From Tuwongella immobilis (GTDB lineage: Bacteria; Planctomycetota; Planctomycetia; Gemmatales; Gemmataceae): a stretch of 64,000 bases of DNA. The position numbers and the translations under genes were made by a program. Shown piece after piece: positions 30,542 to 39,896 of the stretch (the first letter of the stretch is position 1; each line of letters starts with the position of its first letter). Location: the NCBI RefSeq assembly GCF_901538355.1, contig NZ_LR593887.1:1152920-1216919 (forward strand), read 5' to 3'. The notes below the pieces were generated by a model. It saw nothing but the letters and a program-made list of their open reading frames with translations, did no database searches and was not told the origin of the DNA.

Positions 30542-31129
30542 ATGGATTCCGTCTACCTGTTCTGTGTTGTGATCGGCGGAGTGGTGCTGTTGCTGCAAAC
30601 GGGGCTGCTGCTGCTGGGGCTGGGCGACGATCACGGCCACCTGAGTCACTCGACCGACAGTGGCGATACCCCTTCGGATTGGTGGTGGTCGCTGCTGAGC
30701 GTTCGCACGTTGACGGCAGGGGCAACCTTCTTCGGGCTGGGCGGGATGCTGGCGCGCGGGGCGGAAATTGCCGGCGATCGTGCCGTGCTGATTGCGCTGG
30801 CGTGCGGCGGTGCGGCCATGTATGCCGTCAATGCCCTGGTGCAGTGGTTGCTCAGTTTTCAGGCCGATCATACGGTTTCGCTGAACGAAACGATTGGCTG
30901 TCAGGCCGATATTTATCTGCGGATTCCGCCCAATCGAACGGGGCGGGGGAAAGTCATGCTGACCGTCCGCAATCGAACCCTGGAATTGGATGCCATGACC
31001 GAGCATGGAGTCCTGCTTCCGACCGGTGGCAAAGCGATTGTGCTATCGGTGGAGCCGGGCGAGACGCTGCTGGTGGGGCCGGTTGAATCGGAATCGCAAA
31101 CCAACCAGGAGACGCTCACCCATGTTTGA
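30542..31129 (+). CDS. NfeD-family membrane protein (flotillin-associated, OB-fold)
   Basis: N-terminal TM helices plus C-terminal beta-rich 'GRGKVMLTVRNRTLELDAMTEHGVLLPTGGKAIVLSVEPGETLLV'. Its stop overlaps the flotillin start by 8 nt. Confidence 0.65.
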   Translation: MDSVYLFCVVIGGVVLLLQTGLLLLGLGDDHGHLSHSTDSGDTPSDWWWSLLSVRTLTAGATFFGLGGMLARGAEIAGDRAVLIALACGGAAMYAVNALVQWLLSFQADHTVSLNETIGCQADIYLRIPPNRTGRGKVMLTVRNRTLELDAMTEHGVLLPTGGKAIVLSVEPGETLLVGPVESESQTNQETLTHV

Positions 31130-32879
31130 TTTGTCGCTATTCGCTCAGACGGAACTGATTCCGTTGGATAAAGCCGTCATCATCGCCGGGGGCATTGCCG
31201 GCCTATTGGTGATGAGTTTGTTGATCATGTTTGTGAAGTGCTACAAGCGCTGCCCCAGCAACCGCGTGCTGGTCATCTTCGGGAAGACGGGCCGCAACAA
31301 CGAGACGCTGTGCATTCACGGCGGCGCGAAATTCGTGTGGCCGGTGATTCAAGATTTTCGCTTTCTGTCGCTGGAGCCAATCCAGATTGAAGTCCCGCTC
31401 AAGGGGGCGTTGTCGCTGGAAAAGATCCGCGTCAACGTGCCCAGCGTGTTCACCGTGGCGGTGGGCACCGAGCCGGAGATGATGACCAACGCCGCCATGC
31501 GCATCTTGGGCTTGATGGAAGACGAGATCAAGCAACAAGCGGGCGATATGATCTTTGGCCAATTGCGCCAGGTCATTGCCAGCATGCGCATCGAAGACAT
31601 TAACCGCGACCGGGACAAATTCCTGGACAACGTGCAAAGTTCGCTGGAACCGGAACTGAAAAAGATTGGCCTGAAGCTCATCAACGTGAATATCACCGAT
31701 ATCACGGATGAATCCGGCTACATCGAAGCCCTGGGGCGAAAGGCGGCGTCGCAGGCGCTGCAACAGGCCAATATCGATGTTGCCGAGCAAGAAAAACTCG
31801 GTCAGATCGGGGTGGCCGATGCCCAGCGTGAGAAGGAAATTTCCGTCGCGAATGCGAACAAGTTGCGGCAGATCGGGGTGCGCGAAGCCTCTCGCGATCA
31901 GGCAATCCGACTGGCGGAAATGGCCAAGGAACAATCCGTTGGCGAACAGAAGGCCGCACTGGAGCAAGACTTGCTGGTGAAGGAAGCCCGACGTCAGCAA
32001 GCGATTCAGATTGCCCAGTATGACCGGGATCAGCAGGTGGGCGAACAGCAGGCGAAGTTCGAGCGCGAATCGGCGGTGAAAGAAGCCGAGCGCGCGATGC
32101 GGATTCGTCTGGCGGAAGCGAATGCGAAGGCGGTGTCCGGTGAAGCGGCTTCGCAAGCGGAAATTGCCGCGGCCGAGGCGACGCTGAAGGTGAAACAAGC
32201 CGAGGCGTATCAACTCGGTGAAACCCGCAAGCGCGAAGCCGAAGCCGCCGTTCAAGAAGCCGCCAACCGCGCACTCGCCCGCACCGCGTTAGCGCAGGCG
32301 GAACGGGTGGAAGCGGAAATGCGTGCCGAGTTGGAAGCACGCGCGAAGGCGGAAAAGGCACGCGTAATCGTCGATGCCGAGGCGGAAGCCAGCAAGCGCC
32401 GCATCGAAGCGGAAGCGCAAGCCGCCGCCATCTACGCTCGACTCGAAGCCGAAGCCAAGGGCCAATACGAAATGTTGGCGAAAAAGGGCGACGGTCTGCA
32501 ACGCATCATCGAGGCGTGCGGCGGTGCCCAACAAGCATTCCAATTATTATTGTTGGAACATCTCGACAAATTGGCAGAAACCGCCGCCACCGCCATCTCG
32601 AACATCAAGTTCGATAAAGTGGTTGTCTGGGAAACCGGTGGCACGGGCGCTGGCTCCGGCTCCAACACGTCCGCCTTCCTTCGCAATATGGCGTCGGTGT
32701 TCCCGCCCATGCTGCAGGTGATGAAGGATATTGGCGGGGTGCAGATGCCGGAATTCCTGGCCAAATTGGTAGATGACAGTGCGCCGTCTGGCCAACCGAC
32801 TCAAGCGCCGATGGTCGCCAATGGGCCGACCGCCACGACTGCGGCCAATGGCACGGCGAAGCCAGTCTCGCCGGGGTGA
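31122..32879 (+). CDS. Flotillin-family SPFH-domain protein (FloT/YqiK-like)
   Basis: N-terminal TM, SPFH domain, long E/A/Q/K-rich coiled-coil 'flotillin' repeats, Gly/Thr-rich tail. Confidence 0.85.
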   Translation: MFDLSLFAQTELIPLDKAVIIAGGIAGLLVMSLLIMFVKCYKRCPSNRVLVIFGKTGRNNETLCIHGGAKFVWPVIQDFRFLSLEPIQIEVPLKGALSLEKIRVNVPSVFTVAVGTEPEMMTNAAMRILGLMEDEIKQQAGDMIFGQLRQVIASMRIEDINRDRDKFLDNVQSSLEPELKKIGLKLINVNITDITDESGYIEALGRKAASQALQQANIDVAEQEKLGQIGVADAQREKEISVANANKLRQIGVREASRDQAIRLAEMAKEQSVGEQKAALEQDLLVKEARRQQAIQIAQYDRDQQVGEQQAKFERESAVKEAERAMRIRLAEANAKAVSGEAASQAEIAAAEATLKVKQAEAYQLGETRKREAEAAVQEAANRALARTALAQAERVEAEMRAELEARAKAEKARVIVDAEAEASKRRIEAEAQAAAIYARLEAEAKGQYEMLAKKGDGLQRIIEACGGAQQAFQLLLLEHLDKLAETAATAISNIKFDKVVVWETGGTGAGSGSNTSAFLRNMASVFPPMLQVMKDIGGVQMPEFLAKLVDDSAPSGQPTQAPMVANGPTATTAANGTAKPVSPG

Positions 32880-32910
32880 GATGAATCGAACTTTGGATAT
32901 TCGGAAATGC

Positions 32911-32953
32911 CACACGCCCCATGGGGATGATTCCATGGGGCGTGTTCGTTTCC
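32911..32953 (+). terminator. Rho-independent terminator after flotillin
   Basis: ACGCCCCATGG / CCATGGGGCGT 11-bp perfect stem, 8-nt loop, then GTTCGTTTCC. Confidence 0.5.
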
Positions 32954-32969
32954 AGGGGATGCGATCCGC

Positions 32970-33917
32970 TCAGCGAATCGGCGGGGCCAGAATCGGGCCC
33001 TCATCGTCGACCCGCACGGGGGGACTGGCCGTCGGCGTGGCCGGGGGGACGACCACCGGTGACACGATCGGCGGTGCGACCACTGGCGGCATCGGAGCCA
33101 CAACCGGGCCACTCGGCAGCGGCATCTGCGGACCCAGCGGCAACGGCAACGCGACAGGTGGCGTCGGCAGTGGAGCGGGAGTACGCGGCGCAACGCGTTG
33201 CTGCACTGCCGGTTGCATCAGCGGACGAATCGCCGGAGCCGCCAGCGGAACTTGCGCTGGAGCGGGAGTCGGGGTGACGGATTCGGCCAGCGGCGGCTCA
33301 GTCGTTTCGCCACGTGAAATCGGTGCCATCGGTCGCGTCGCGGTGCCGGTCGAAGGGCGACTCACGGGTTGCGCTCGAACAGGCGAGCGACTCGAACTGG
33401 CAGGCGCGGGGCTATTCCCGGAGTTGTTCGGTCCCAGCGGCGGCGCAAGCGGCGGTTCTTTGGTGTCATCCGCAGTTTCGGGTTCATCCGGCTTGGTCGA
33501 GCGATACCCCAACAGGTGATATTGGAACAGCACCCGCCGCGCGGTCAGTCGTACCGACAGCGAGGGATCGGAATCGACGGCCTGTTCCAGTGCGAAGCCG
33601 ACTTGTTGGTTGATCGGGCGAAGTTTGCCCAGGGTGGCCACACAGGTGGAGCGCACCGTGCTGCTGGTGTCGCGGGTCATCCCTTGCAGCAGTGCCGGAA
33701 TCATGTCCGGGAATGCCTTGGGGTCGTATTCCCGAAGTTCCTCGGCGGCATCATCCCGCTTGCTGGCGTCGGGGTCACTTTTCAACGTGTTGATGAGTGC
33801 CGGAACATATGTTGCGGGATCGGGTTTTTCTTTCTTGCGAGAGAAAATCCCGGCGTGGACCGACGTGGTGGCAAGCAGCACCACAACGGGCATCAGTAGA
33901 CAAAGGCGGTTCATCAT
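32970..33917 (-). CDS. Secreted HEAT-repeat protein with Pro-rich C-terminal region
   Basis: Signal peptide 'MMNRLCLLMPVVVLLATTSVHA'. HEAT/PBS-lyase-like repeats ('DASKRDDAAEELRE', 'VRSTCVATLGKL', 'DPSLSVRLTARRVL'). Then about 170 aa of P/A/V-rich sequence. Confidence 0.55.
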   Translation of the reverse strand: MMNRLCLLMPVVVLLATTSVHAGIFSRKKEKPDPATYVPALINTLKSDPDASKRDDAAEELREYDPKAFPDMIPALLQGMTRDTSSTVRSTCVATLGKLRPINQQVGFALEQAVDSDPSLSVRLTARRVLFQYHLLGYRSTKPDEPETADDTKEPPLAPPLGPNNSGNSPAPASSSRSPVRAQPVSRPSTGTATRPMAPISRGETTEPPLAESVTPTPAPAQVPLAAPAIRPLMQPAVQQRVAPRTPAPLPTPPVALPLPLGPQMPLPSGPVVAPMPPVVAPPIVSPVVVPPATPTASPPVRVDDEGPILAPPIR

Positions 33918-34124
33918 AGCCTGATCCTCCCGAACCGGAGACGCGAACGCACCGCTGGGGAGCGTCCACGCCATCTACACAGGGGTAGAATCGGTTCATG
34001 GGGGGCATGATGCGCCAAAAACAGAGTGAACTTGCCGGGATGAATCGCCGAAAGGGCCATTCATCCGTTCAAGCAGATTCCCTTTACCTATTTTGACAGG
34101 CGCGTCGTGGGCACCGAATCGGAA

Positions 34125-34379
34125 TTATCGTCCGCCGGGACGATTAAATTGTGGTCCGCCCACACCCGAGCTGTTGGGCAATTGTGGCCCACCGTCTTTC
34201 AGCTTGGATTGTTTCATTTCCGGGTATTCGGTCGGTTTGTTCCAGCGTTCCCCATCGGCGGGTGCGACCTGGAATTCTTCGACAACCGTAGGCTCCATCA
34301 CCCGTTTGTTGGTGGTGCCACAGCCCAGCAATGCGGCGGCACAGGCTAGCCAGCCTCCCGCGAACATCCATTTTCGCAT
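34125..34379 (-). CDS. Small lipoprotein
   Basis: 'MRKWMFAGGWLACAAALLGCG' is a signal peptide with an LLGC lipobox. 84 aa. Confidence 0.45.
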   Translation of the reverse strand: MRKWMFAGGWLACAAALLGCGTTNKRVMEPTVVEEFQVAPADGERWNKPTEYPEMKQSKLKDGGPQLPNSSGVGGPQFNRPGGR

Positions 34380-34467
34380 TCGAATATACTCCCGCGAAGA
34401 TCCTTCTCGCGTGTCTTGCTTGCCAGTTCATTTTGGACTCATACCGGGATGGCCAATTCGGTCAAGT

Positions 34468-34517
34468 GGAAAAAGCAACCGCCGCGGAATCTCGGCGAAC
34501 CGAAGTTCCACGGCGGT
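34468..34517 (-). terminator. Rho-independent terminator downstream of SOD gene
   Basis: Minus-strand stem CGCCGTGGAACTTCGG / CCGAGATTCCGCGGCG (14/16 paired) with TTCG loop, followed by TTGCTTTTTCC. Confidence 0.5.
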
Positions 34518-34554
34518 CGAATGGCATCCGCCCGTTTCGGGGCAGGGCTGGCGA

Positions 34555-35172
34555 TTACTTGCCGGCCTTGGCGTTGGCGAACAGTTCCGCGACGGCGGCC
34601 CAGTTCACGGTGCCCCACCAGGCATCGACGTAGTCGGCCCGCTTGTTTTGATACTTCAGATAGTAAGCGTGTTCCCAAACGTCGATGCCCAGAATCGGCG
34701 TGTGGCCTTCCATCAGCGGGCTATCTTGGTTCGGCTTCTTGACGGCGACGAGCTTGCTGCCGTCCCACACCACCCACGACCAACCCGAGCCGAACTGACC
34801 CAGGGCGTTTTCCTTCACTTTGGCCTTCAGCGTGGCGAAATCGCCGAATGCGGCGTTGATGGCATCGGCCAGCGGGCCGGTCGGTTCGCCACCCGCGTTG
34901 GGGGCCATGATCGTCCAGAACAGCGCGTGATTGGCGTGACCGCCACCGTTGTTGATGACCGCTTGCTTGATCGCGGCGGGCACCTTGTCGATGCCACGCA
35001 GCAGATCGGTGATGCTCAGCGCGGCCAAGTCGGCTTGGGCTTCCAGCGCTTTGTTGAGGTTATCCACATAGGCTTTGTGGTGGCGGCCATGGTGGATTTC
35101 CATGGTCATGGCGTCGATATTCGGTTCCAACGCGGTCGGAGCATAGGGCAGCGCCGGCAGAGTGTGTGCCAT
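34555..35172 (-). CDS. sodA: Fe/Mn superoxide dismutase
   Basis: '[32 protein letters not shown]', '[13 protein letters not shown]' are diagnostic. AGGAGA upstream. Confidence 0.9.
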   Translation of the reverse strand: MAHTLPALPYAPTALEPNIDAMTMEIHHGRHHKAYVDNLNKALEAQADLAALSITDLLRGIDKVPAAIKQAVINNGGGHANHALFWTIMAPNAGGEPTGPLADAINAAFGDFATLKAKVKENALGQFGSGWSWVVWDGSKLVAVKKPNQDSPLMEGHTPILGIDVWEHAYYLKYQNKRADYVDAWWGTVNWAAVAELFANAKAGK

Positions 35173-35458
35173 CGTGGAAATCTCCTGCGAGAGTTTGAGT
35201 TTCAACGCGGCACGCTCCGAGCAACCCCGGAGCGCATCGCGGTCGACAGAATCATCCTATCTGTAGTCGCGGTAACGTCCATTGGCCATCGAAGCATCCC
35301 GAACCGCCGACGAATGCGTTGTTTCATCTGGCGGAATCTGGGGTGACTCATTCGGCGGTGGATGCTGGAAAAAAAGATCCGCCCGCCGATGGAATGAGGC
35401 GAGCGGAACGGAGAGGAATTCGAGTTGCCGACCGAGCGTGGCCGCACCCCGAACGCAA

Positions 35459-37261
35459 TTAGCGGAGATTCAGATGAGCCGGGGCGACCAGCCACAGCCG
35501 TTCGTTCCGCATTCGGAACAGCGATTCGGCTTGTTGGAGTTGCGAGCGCAGTTCCGGCATTTGTCGGACCAGGCCCACCAGCGGCTGCATGGTGATTTGC
35601 AGCGCAGTGTCGCGTTCCAGCAGGCTTTCCAGGAAGCTCACCTTCTTGGGCGAGGTGATGATTTCCAATTCGACATCGGCTCCGATTCCCGCTTGTTTGC
35701 GAGCTTCGGCAATCGCGTCGTTGAGCGTGCCCAATTCATCGACCAATCCCGCTTCCTTCGCTTGGCGACCGGTCCAGATGCGGCCACCGGCCAGCGAGAT
35801 CAACTTTTCCTTGGTCAGCTTGGCACCCGCTTTGGTGCGGCCGGCCAATGCCTTGTCCAGGAATTGCTCGTAAATCTGTTCCATGGAGCGTTGGAAGGCT
35901 TTGCGTTCCGATTCGCTGAATTCGGCTTCGCTGGAGAGCATGCCGGTGTTCTTGCCGCGGGTGATGACTTCGGTTTGAATGCCGAACTTGTTGTAGACCC
36001 CGCCGAGCACGAATTTGCCGCCCACCACGCCAATCGAGCCGGTCAGGGTGCCGGGTTCGGCGAAGATCTTTTTGCAGCCCATGCTAATGTAATAGCCGCC
36101 GCTGGCCGCCACATCGCCCATGCTGGCGATGACCGGTTTTTTGCACTGTTGAATCGCGTGCCAGATGATGTCGCTGGCCAGCGCACTGCCACCGGGCGAA
36201 TCGACACGCAACACAATCGCCTTCACCGATTCATCGGCATCGGCTTCTCGGATCGCTTCGACCATCGTGGTCGAACCAATGCTGGAACCACCCATCAGGC
36301 TTTCGCCGCCCTTGCCGCTTTCGATGGCACCCACGGCGTAAATCACGGCCAGTTTCGGCTTCTTCGACTTGGTCTTCTTCGGCGGGCTGAGCAGTTTCAG
36401 CAGACCCGACAGGCTGGAAGTGTCGATATCCGATTTCGGCTTGCCATAATTGCGGACGATTTCCGCTTTTTCGCCCGTGGCTTTGATGATGCTGGCTTCG
36501 AACGTATCGGCGTATGCCAATTGGTCGATCAGGCCATTCTTCAGCGCTTCCGGCGCAGTGAACGGGCCTTGGTCGATCAACTCGCCGACTTGCTTGGCCG
36601 TCCATTTCTTGGCCGGGCGATTCTTGGCGATCACCGCCAGCACGCTGTTTTGGTAGAAATCGTCGATCACCATTTCATATTGGGCGCGATTTTCCTTCGA
36701 CATGCTGGTGCGGGTGTACGGTTCGGCCGCGCCTTTGTAGTCGCCCATGTGCAGGAAGTCGGCCTTCACGCCGAGCTTGTCGAACAGATCCTTGTAGAAG
36801 CTAATTTCGGCGCGCAGCCCGAGAATTTCGAGCGCACCGGATTCCGGCAACGCGATCACATCCGCCGACGAGGCAATGAGATATTCGCCCAAACTGCCGG
36901 CTTCCATGAAGGCATAGACTTTCTTGCCCGACTTGCGGAAGTCGGCCAAGGCGACATGCAATTCATCGAGTTTGCCGAAGCTGAACAGGCCGGTGGCGAT
37001 GCCGTCCAATTCCAGGTACAACGCTTTGACTTTGGGATCTTTCGCGGCCTTGGCGATGCGTTCGAGCTTGGCCCGCAGCGGCTCCCCACTCGCTGCCAAC
37101 GGATCATCCGAACTGGGGCCTTCATCCATCGAACCGGACAATTTCATGTGAGCAATTTGGGCCGTCGGTTTTTCCGACTTCGATTCGTCGTCTTTGTCCG
37201 CAGCCATCGCCCATGGCGTCAGCAGCAACATCACGCAGCTCATCCATAACCAACGCGGCAT
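35459..37261 (-). CDS. sppA: Signal peptide peptidase SppA (protease IV, 67K type)
   Basis: Signal peptide. Tandem S49 domains. 'MGDVAASGGYYISM' with catalytic Ser, 'LAGGRIWTGRQAKEAGLVDELG'. Confidence 0.85.
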   Translation of the reverse strand: MPRWLWMSCVMLLLTPWAMAADKDDESKSEKPTAQIAHMKLSGSMDEGPSSDDPLAASGEPLRAKLERIAKAAKDPKVKALYLELDGIATGLFSFGKLDELHVALADFRKSGKKVYAFMEAGSLGEYLIASSADVIALPESGALEILGLRAEISFYKDLFDKLGVKADFLHMGDYKGAAEPYTRTSMSKENRAQYEMVIDDFYQNSVLAVIAKNRPAKKWTAKQVGELIDQGPFTAPEALKNGLIDQLAYADTFEASIIKATGEKAEIVRNYGKPKSDIDTSSLSGLLKLLSPPKKTKSKKPKLAVIYAVGAIESGKGGESLMGGSSIGSTTMVEAIREADADESVKAIVLRVDSPGGSALASDIIWHAIQQCKKPVIASMGDVAASGGYYISMGCKKIFAEPGTLTGSIGVVGGKFVLGGVYNKFGIQTEVITRGKNTGMLSSEAEFSESERKAFQRSMEQIYEQFLDKALAGRTKAGAKLTKEKLISLAGGRIWTGRQAKEAGLVDELGTLNDAIAEARKQAGIGADVELEIITSPKKVSFLESLLERDTALQITMQPLVGLVRQMPELRSQLQQAESLFRMRNERLWLVAPAHLNLR

Positions 37262-37484
37262 TTGTCACCTCGTGATAACATTCGATGGGATTCCGTCTTC
37301 CAGGAGACGAATCACGCGAACCGATCCAACGGATCTCTGTCCCGGATTCTGGGCACAGACACCGTTTCGATTCAATGGCGATTCGTTGCAACGCGGACGA
37401 TCTTGAGCGAAGGGATGCGATTTCGATGCAGAAAATGGCCCCATGGTTCCAGCCGTCGAAACCATGGAGTCCCAGCCAGATTGT

Positions 37485-38000
37485 TTAAGATTCGGATGAT
37501 TCGAGTTCCCACGAAAAAACCGCGGATTGCCCGAAGGTTTCTTCGACTTCGATGTGCACGCGGTCGGGCGTGTAGTGATGCTGTTCGCGCAGCACCGTCA
37601 CCAATCGCTCGGCAATATGTTTGGCCAACAATTCCGCCGTGGTGTTCTCGATCGGCAACAGCACGCAGTCACTCCGCGGGAAAATCCATTCCCGATCCTG
37701 ATAGCGCACTTGCACCCGATGCCCCTGTTCTTCCACTCGAATCAGCGGATTCTTGGTGGCCAACAGCATATGGTGATCGAGTTCATCGACAATCGCACGC
37801 ATGCGCTTTTTCAGCGACACAAAATCAAAGACATAATGATTTTCGTCGAGTGCCCCTTCGAGTTCCACCGCGACCCGATAGTTGTGCCCGTGTAGCTTTT
37901 CGCACTGATCGCCATCATAGGTGATGAAGTGCGCGCAGCAGAAAACCAAATAGTCTTTGGTGACGTGAACCTTGTAGCATTTCCGTTTCATACCGGGCAC
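37485..38000 (-). CDS. queD: 6-carboxy-5,6,7,8-tetrahydropterin synthase / 6-pyruvoyl-tetrahydropterin synthase family
   Basis: 'CAHFITYDGDQCEKLHGHNYRVAVELEG..DENHYVFDFVSLK' is the PTPS/QueD zinc-binding and catalytic motif. Confidence 0.8.
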   Translation of the reverse strand: MPGMKRKCYKVHVTKDYLVFCCAHFITYDGDQCEKLHGHNYRVAVELEGALDENHYVFDFVSLKKRMRAIVDELDHHMLLATKNPLIRVEEQGHRVQVRYQDREWIFPRSDCVLLPIENTTAELLAKHIAERLVTVLREQHHYTPDRVHIEVEETFGQSAVFSWELESSES

Positions 38001-38478
38001 CGAAACCGGGAGGCAAACCCTGACTCAACTGCGGCAGGGGGGAAGTCTATCGTATCAACGCGAACGCGGATGAACAGTCAGAGCCATTCAGACCGACGGA
38101 AATCCCGCCGCATCCGCCCAATCCCTGGGCAACTTCGACCGCTTTCGGCCCCAATTCAGTTGGTTTGATGATTGTTTTGTTGTTGCTGCAATACTCGGAA
38201 TCGGGCGAAATTCGAGATTTTTTTGCGAGATTGTTCCGTGAATTTCGGCAATCGGAATCGGCCGCTCTCGAATGGACTCATGCATCCCGATTGGAACCAG
38301 TTGGGGGGAATCGAGAGGGACGACAATCGGCCTTGGGGAAATTCCGGAGTTCCCTGTCACATTCCAGTGGCTGGCCCGTATTCCCAGGGACGCCGGATGC
38401 CCCCCGACGACAATCCGGATGATCCGTTTTCCGTCATTGATTGAACTCGAATGCTGTCGCACTGGGGAGAACGATACC

Positions 38479-39096
38479 ATGTTTGTTCGTCCAGTTGGAG
38501 TACCTACGCCGTTTGAGTCGGTTCAATTTGTCCTTTCCGACCTCCATCATTGGTTGCAAAGCCATTGCCGATCGCAGTCGCCTGAAGATGGGCACTACCT
38601 GGAGGATCATATTCGCATTTTCGGGCGAGATCCGATTCGCTCGATTTGGAACGGCGAACAACGCCGATTTCGCAACCACATGCTCGCAGCGGTGCCGTTG
38701 ATTGACGCGGTGCAGCAGCAGATTGCCCCAGCCATGGAACGCGGCTCGTATCTGATTCACGATCAATTTTCACGTGATGGAATCTTCGAGAAATCGTCTG
38801 CCTTGATTGTCTGCCGACGGGGATTCGTCGTGGTCATTCGCGAAGCAAAAGAGGGGTGGTTCTTCGAGACGGGGTACTTTACCCACGACGGCACGGCGGA
38901 GTATCGCGGCTATCGGGGGGCAGTTCGCAAGCTCGTCGATTCGTACACGCAATCGCGGTTCTGTCCACCGGCACCCGGGGAGCGGATTTGGCTGTCCGAT
39001 CGCAAGCGGTATCGGACGAACATCCGATTCGGAAATCCACGCTTGTGGGGAGAACGCAACGGGTCGTTTGAACCCAACCGAATCCAAGAATGGTGA
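38479..39096 (+). CDS. Hypothetical protein
   Basis: 205 aa, protein-like. No motif recognised. Confidence 0.4.
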   Translation: MFVRPVGVPTPFESVQFVLSDLHHWLQSHCRSQSPEDGHYLEDHIRIFGRDPIRSIWNGEQRRFRNHMLAAVPLIDAVQQQIAPAMERGSYLIHDQFSRDGIFEKSSALIVCRRGFVVVIREAKEGWFFETGYFTHDGTAEYRGYRGAVRKLVDSYTQSRFCPPAPGERIWLSDRKRYRTNIRFGNPRLWGERNGSFEPNRIQEW

Positions 39097-39239
39097 TGCC
39101 GCGGTGGATCGGGCATCGCCGCATTCCAATGCCCGGTCATGCGTGCGAGACAACGCGGCGGATGCGCGGGGGCGGTGAACCGTCGCATCTTCGTCAGTGT
39201 CCTGTTGGAATCTCGACGTCTGTCCGAAGGGATTCCGAA

Positions 39240-39827
39240 ATGGGTAAGCGTCCGCCGTTTGTGCCGTGCGTGTTTCTCCCCTATCGGCTTCGCGATCAGG
39301 CTCCGAAGAACGCAACCGTCTACGATGTCAGCAGTTACGCGGATCATCCGTATTGCACGCTCAGCCCGTTTTGGCCCCACGGCGGAATTCCGGTGCCGGG
39401 AATGCCGGGAACGACGAGCGATTCGGTCGAAGGCATTTGGCAGGGGCTCAAGCTCATCGATGGGAAGATTGCCCCGCGATTCTTCGCCGGACAGGGGCAC
39501 AAGCGCGGCGGCATTCCACGCGGGCATCAATTCGGCGACAAACTGCTGAAAATTGTCGACGCCCGCGAGAAGATTTATCGTGTGGCCTACGAGTGGATGC
39601 TCGACCATCGAGCGATGCCCGAGTTGATCGCACAATTCATCCAACGGGCGTTCGATGGTGTGCCGCAATATTTCCATGATGTCAGCAACAACGGCCGCAT
39701 CGGCGATCCGGATGAGGGGTGGGCCCACGCCGCGGTGTTGGTGGCGTTTCTCAATCGCCGATGTCAGCAGTTGGCCGATGCGCTGTCCCAAACCAACCCT
39801 GATGCTTCCGCAGATGCCCCCGATTGA
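39240..39827 (+). CDS. Conserved hypothetical protein (possible distant NADAR-like fold, very tentative)
   Basis: 'YCTLSPFWPHGGIPVPGMPGTTSDSVEGIWQGLKLIDG' loosely resembles the NADAR 'FSNF...G..F.S.EH.YQA.KF' pattern. Not confirmed. Confidence 0.45.
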   Translation: MGKRPPFVPCVFLPYRLRDQAPKNATVYDVSSYADHPYCTLSPFWPHGGIPVPGMPGTTSDSVEGIWQGLKLIDGKIAPRFFAGQGHKRGGIPRGHQFGDKLLKIVDAREKIYRVAYEWMLDHRAMPELIAQFIQRAFDGVPQYFHDVSNNGRIGDPDEGWAHAAVLVAFLNRRCQQLADALSQTNPDASADAPD

Positions 39828-39896
39828 GCCAATCTCCGCGAACATCCCCCGCTCGAAGCCGTGCCAACTCGGTGGAGCGGGGCAATGAATCCGCAC

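Noticed and set aside
35282-37249. 655-aa plus-strand ORF
   Set aside because: Antisense shadow of sppA. No motifs. Repetitive Ala/Gly/Arg composition.
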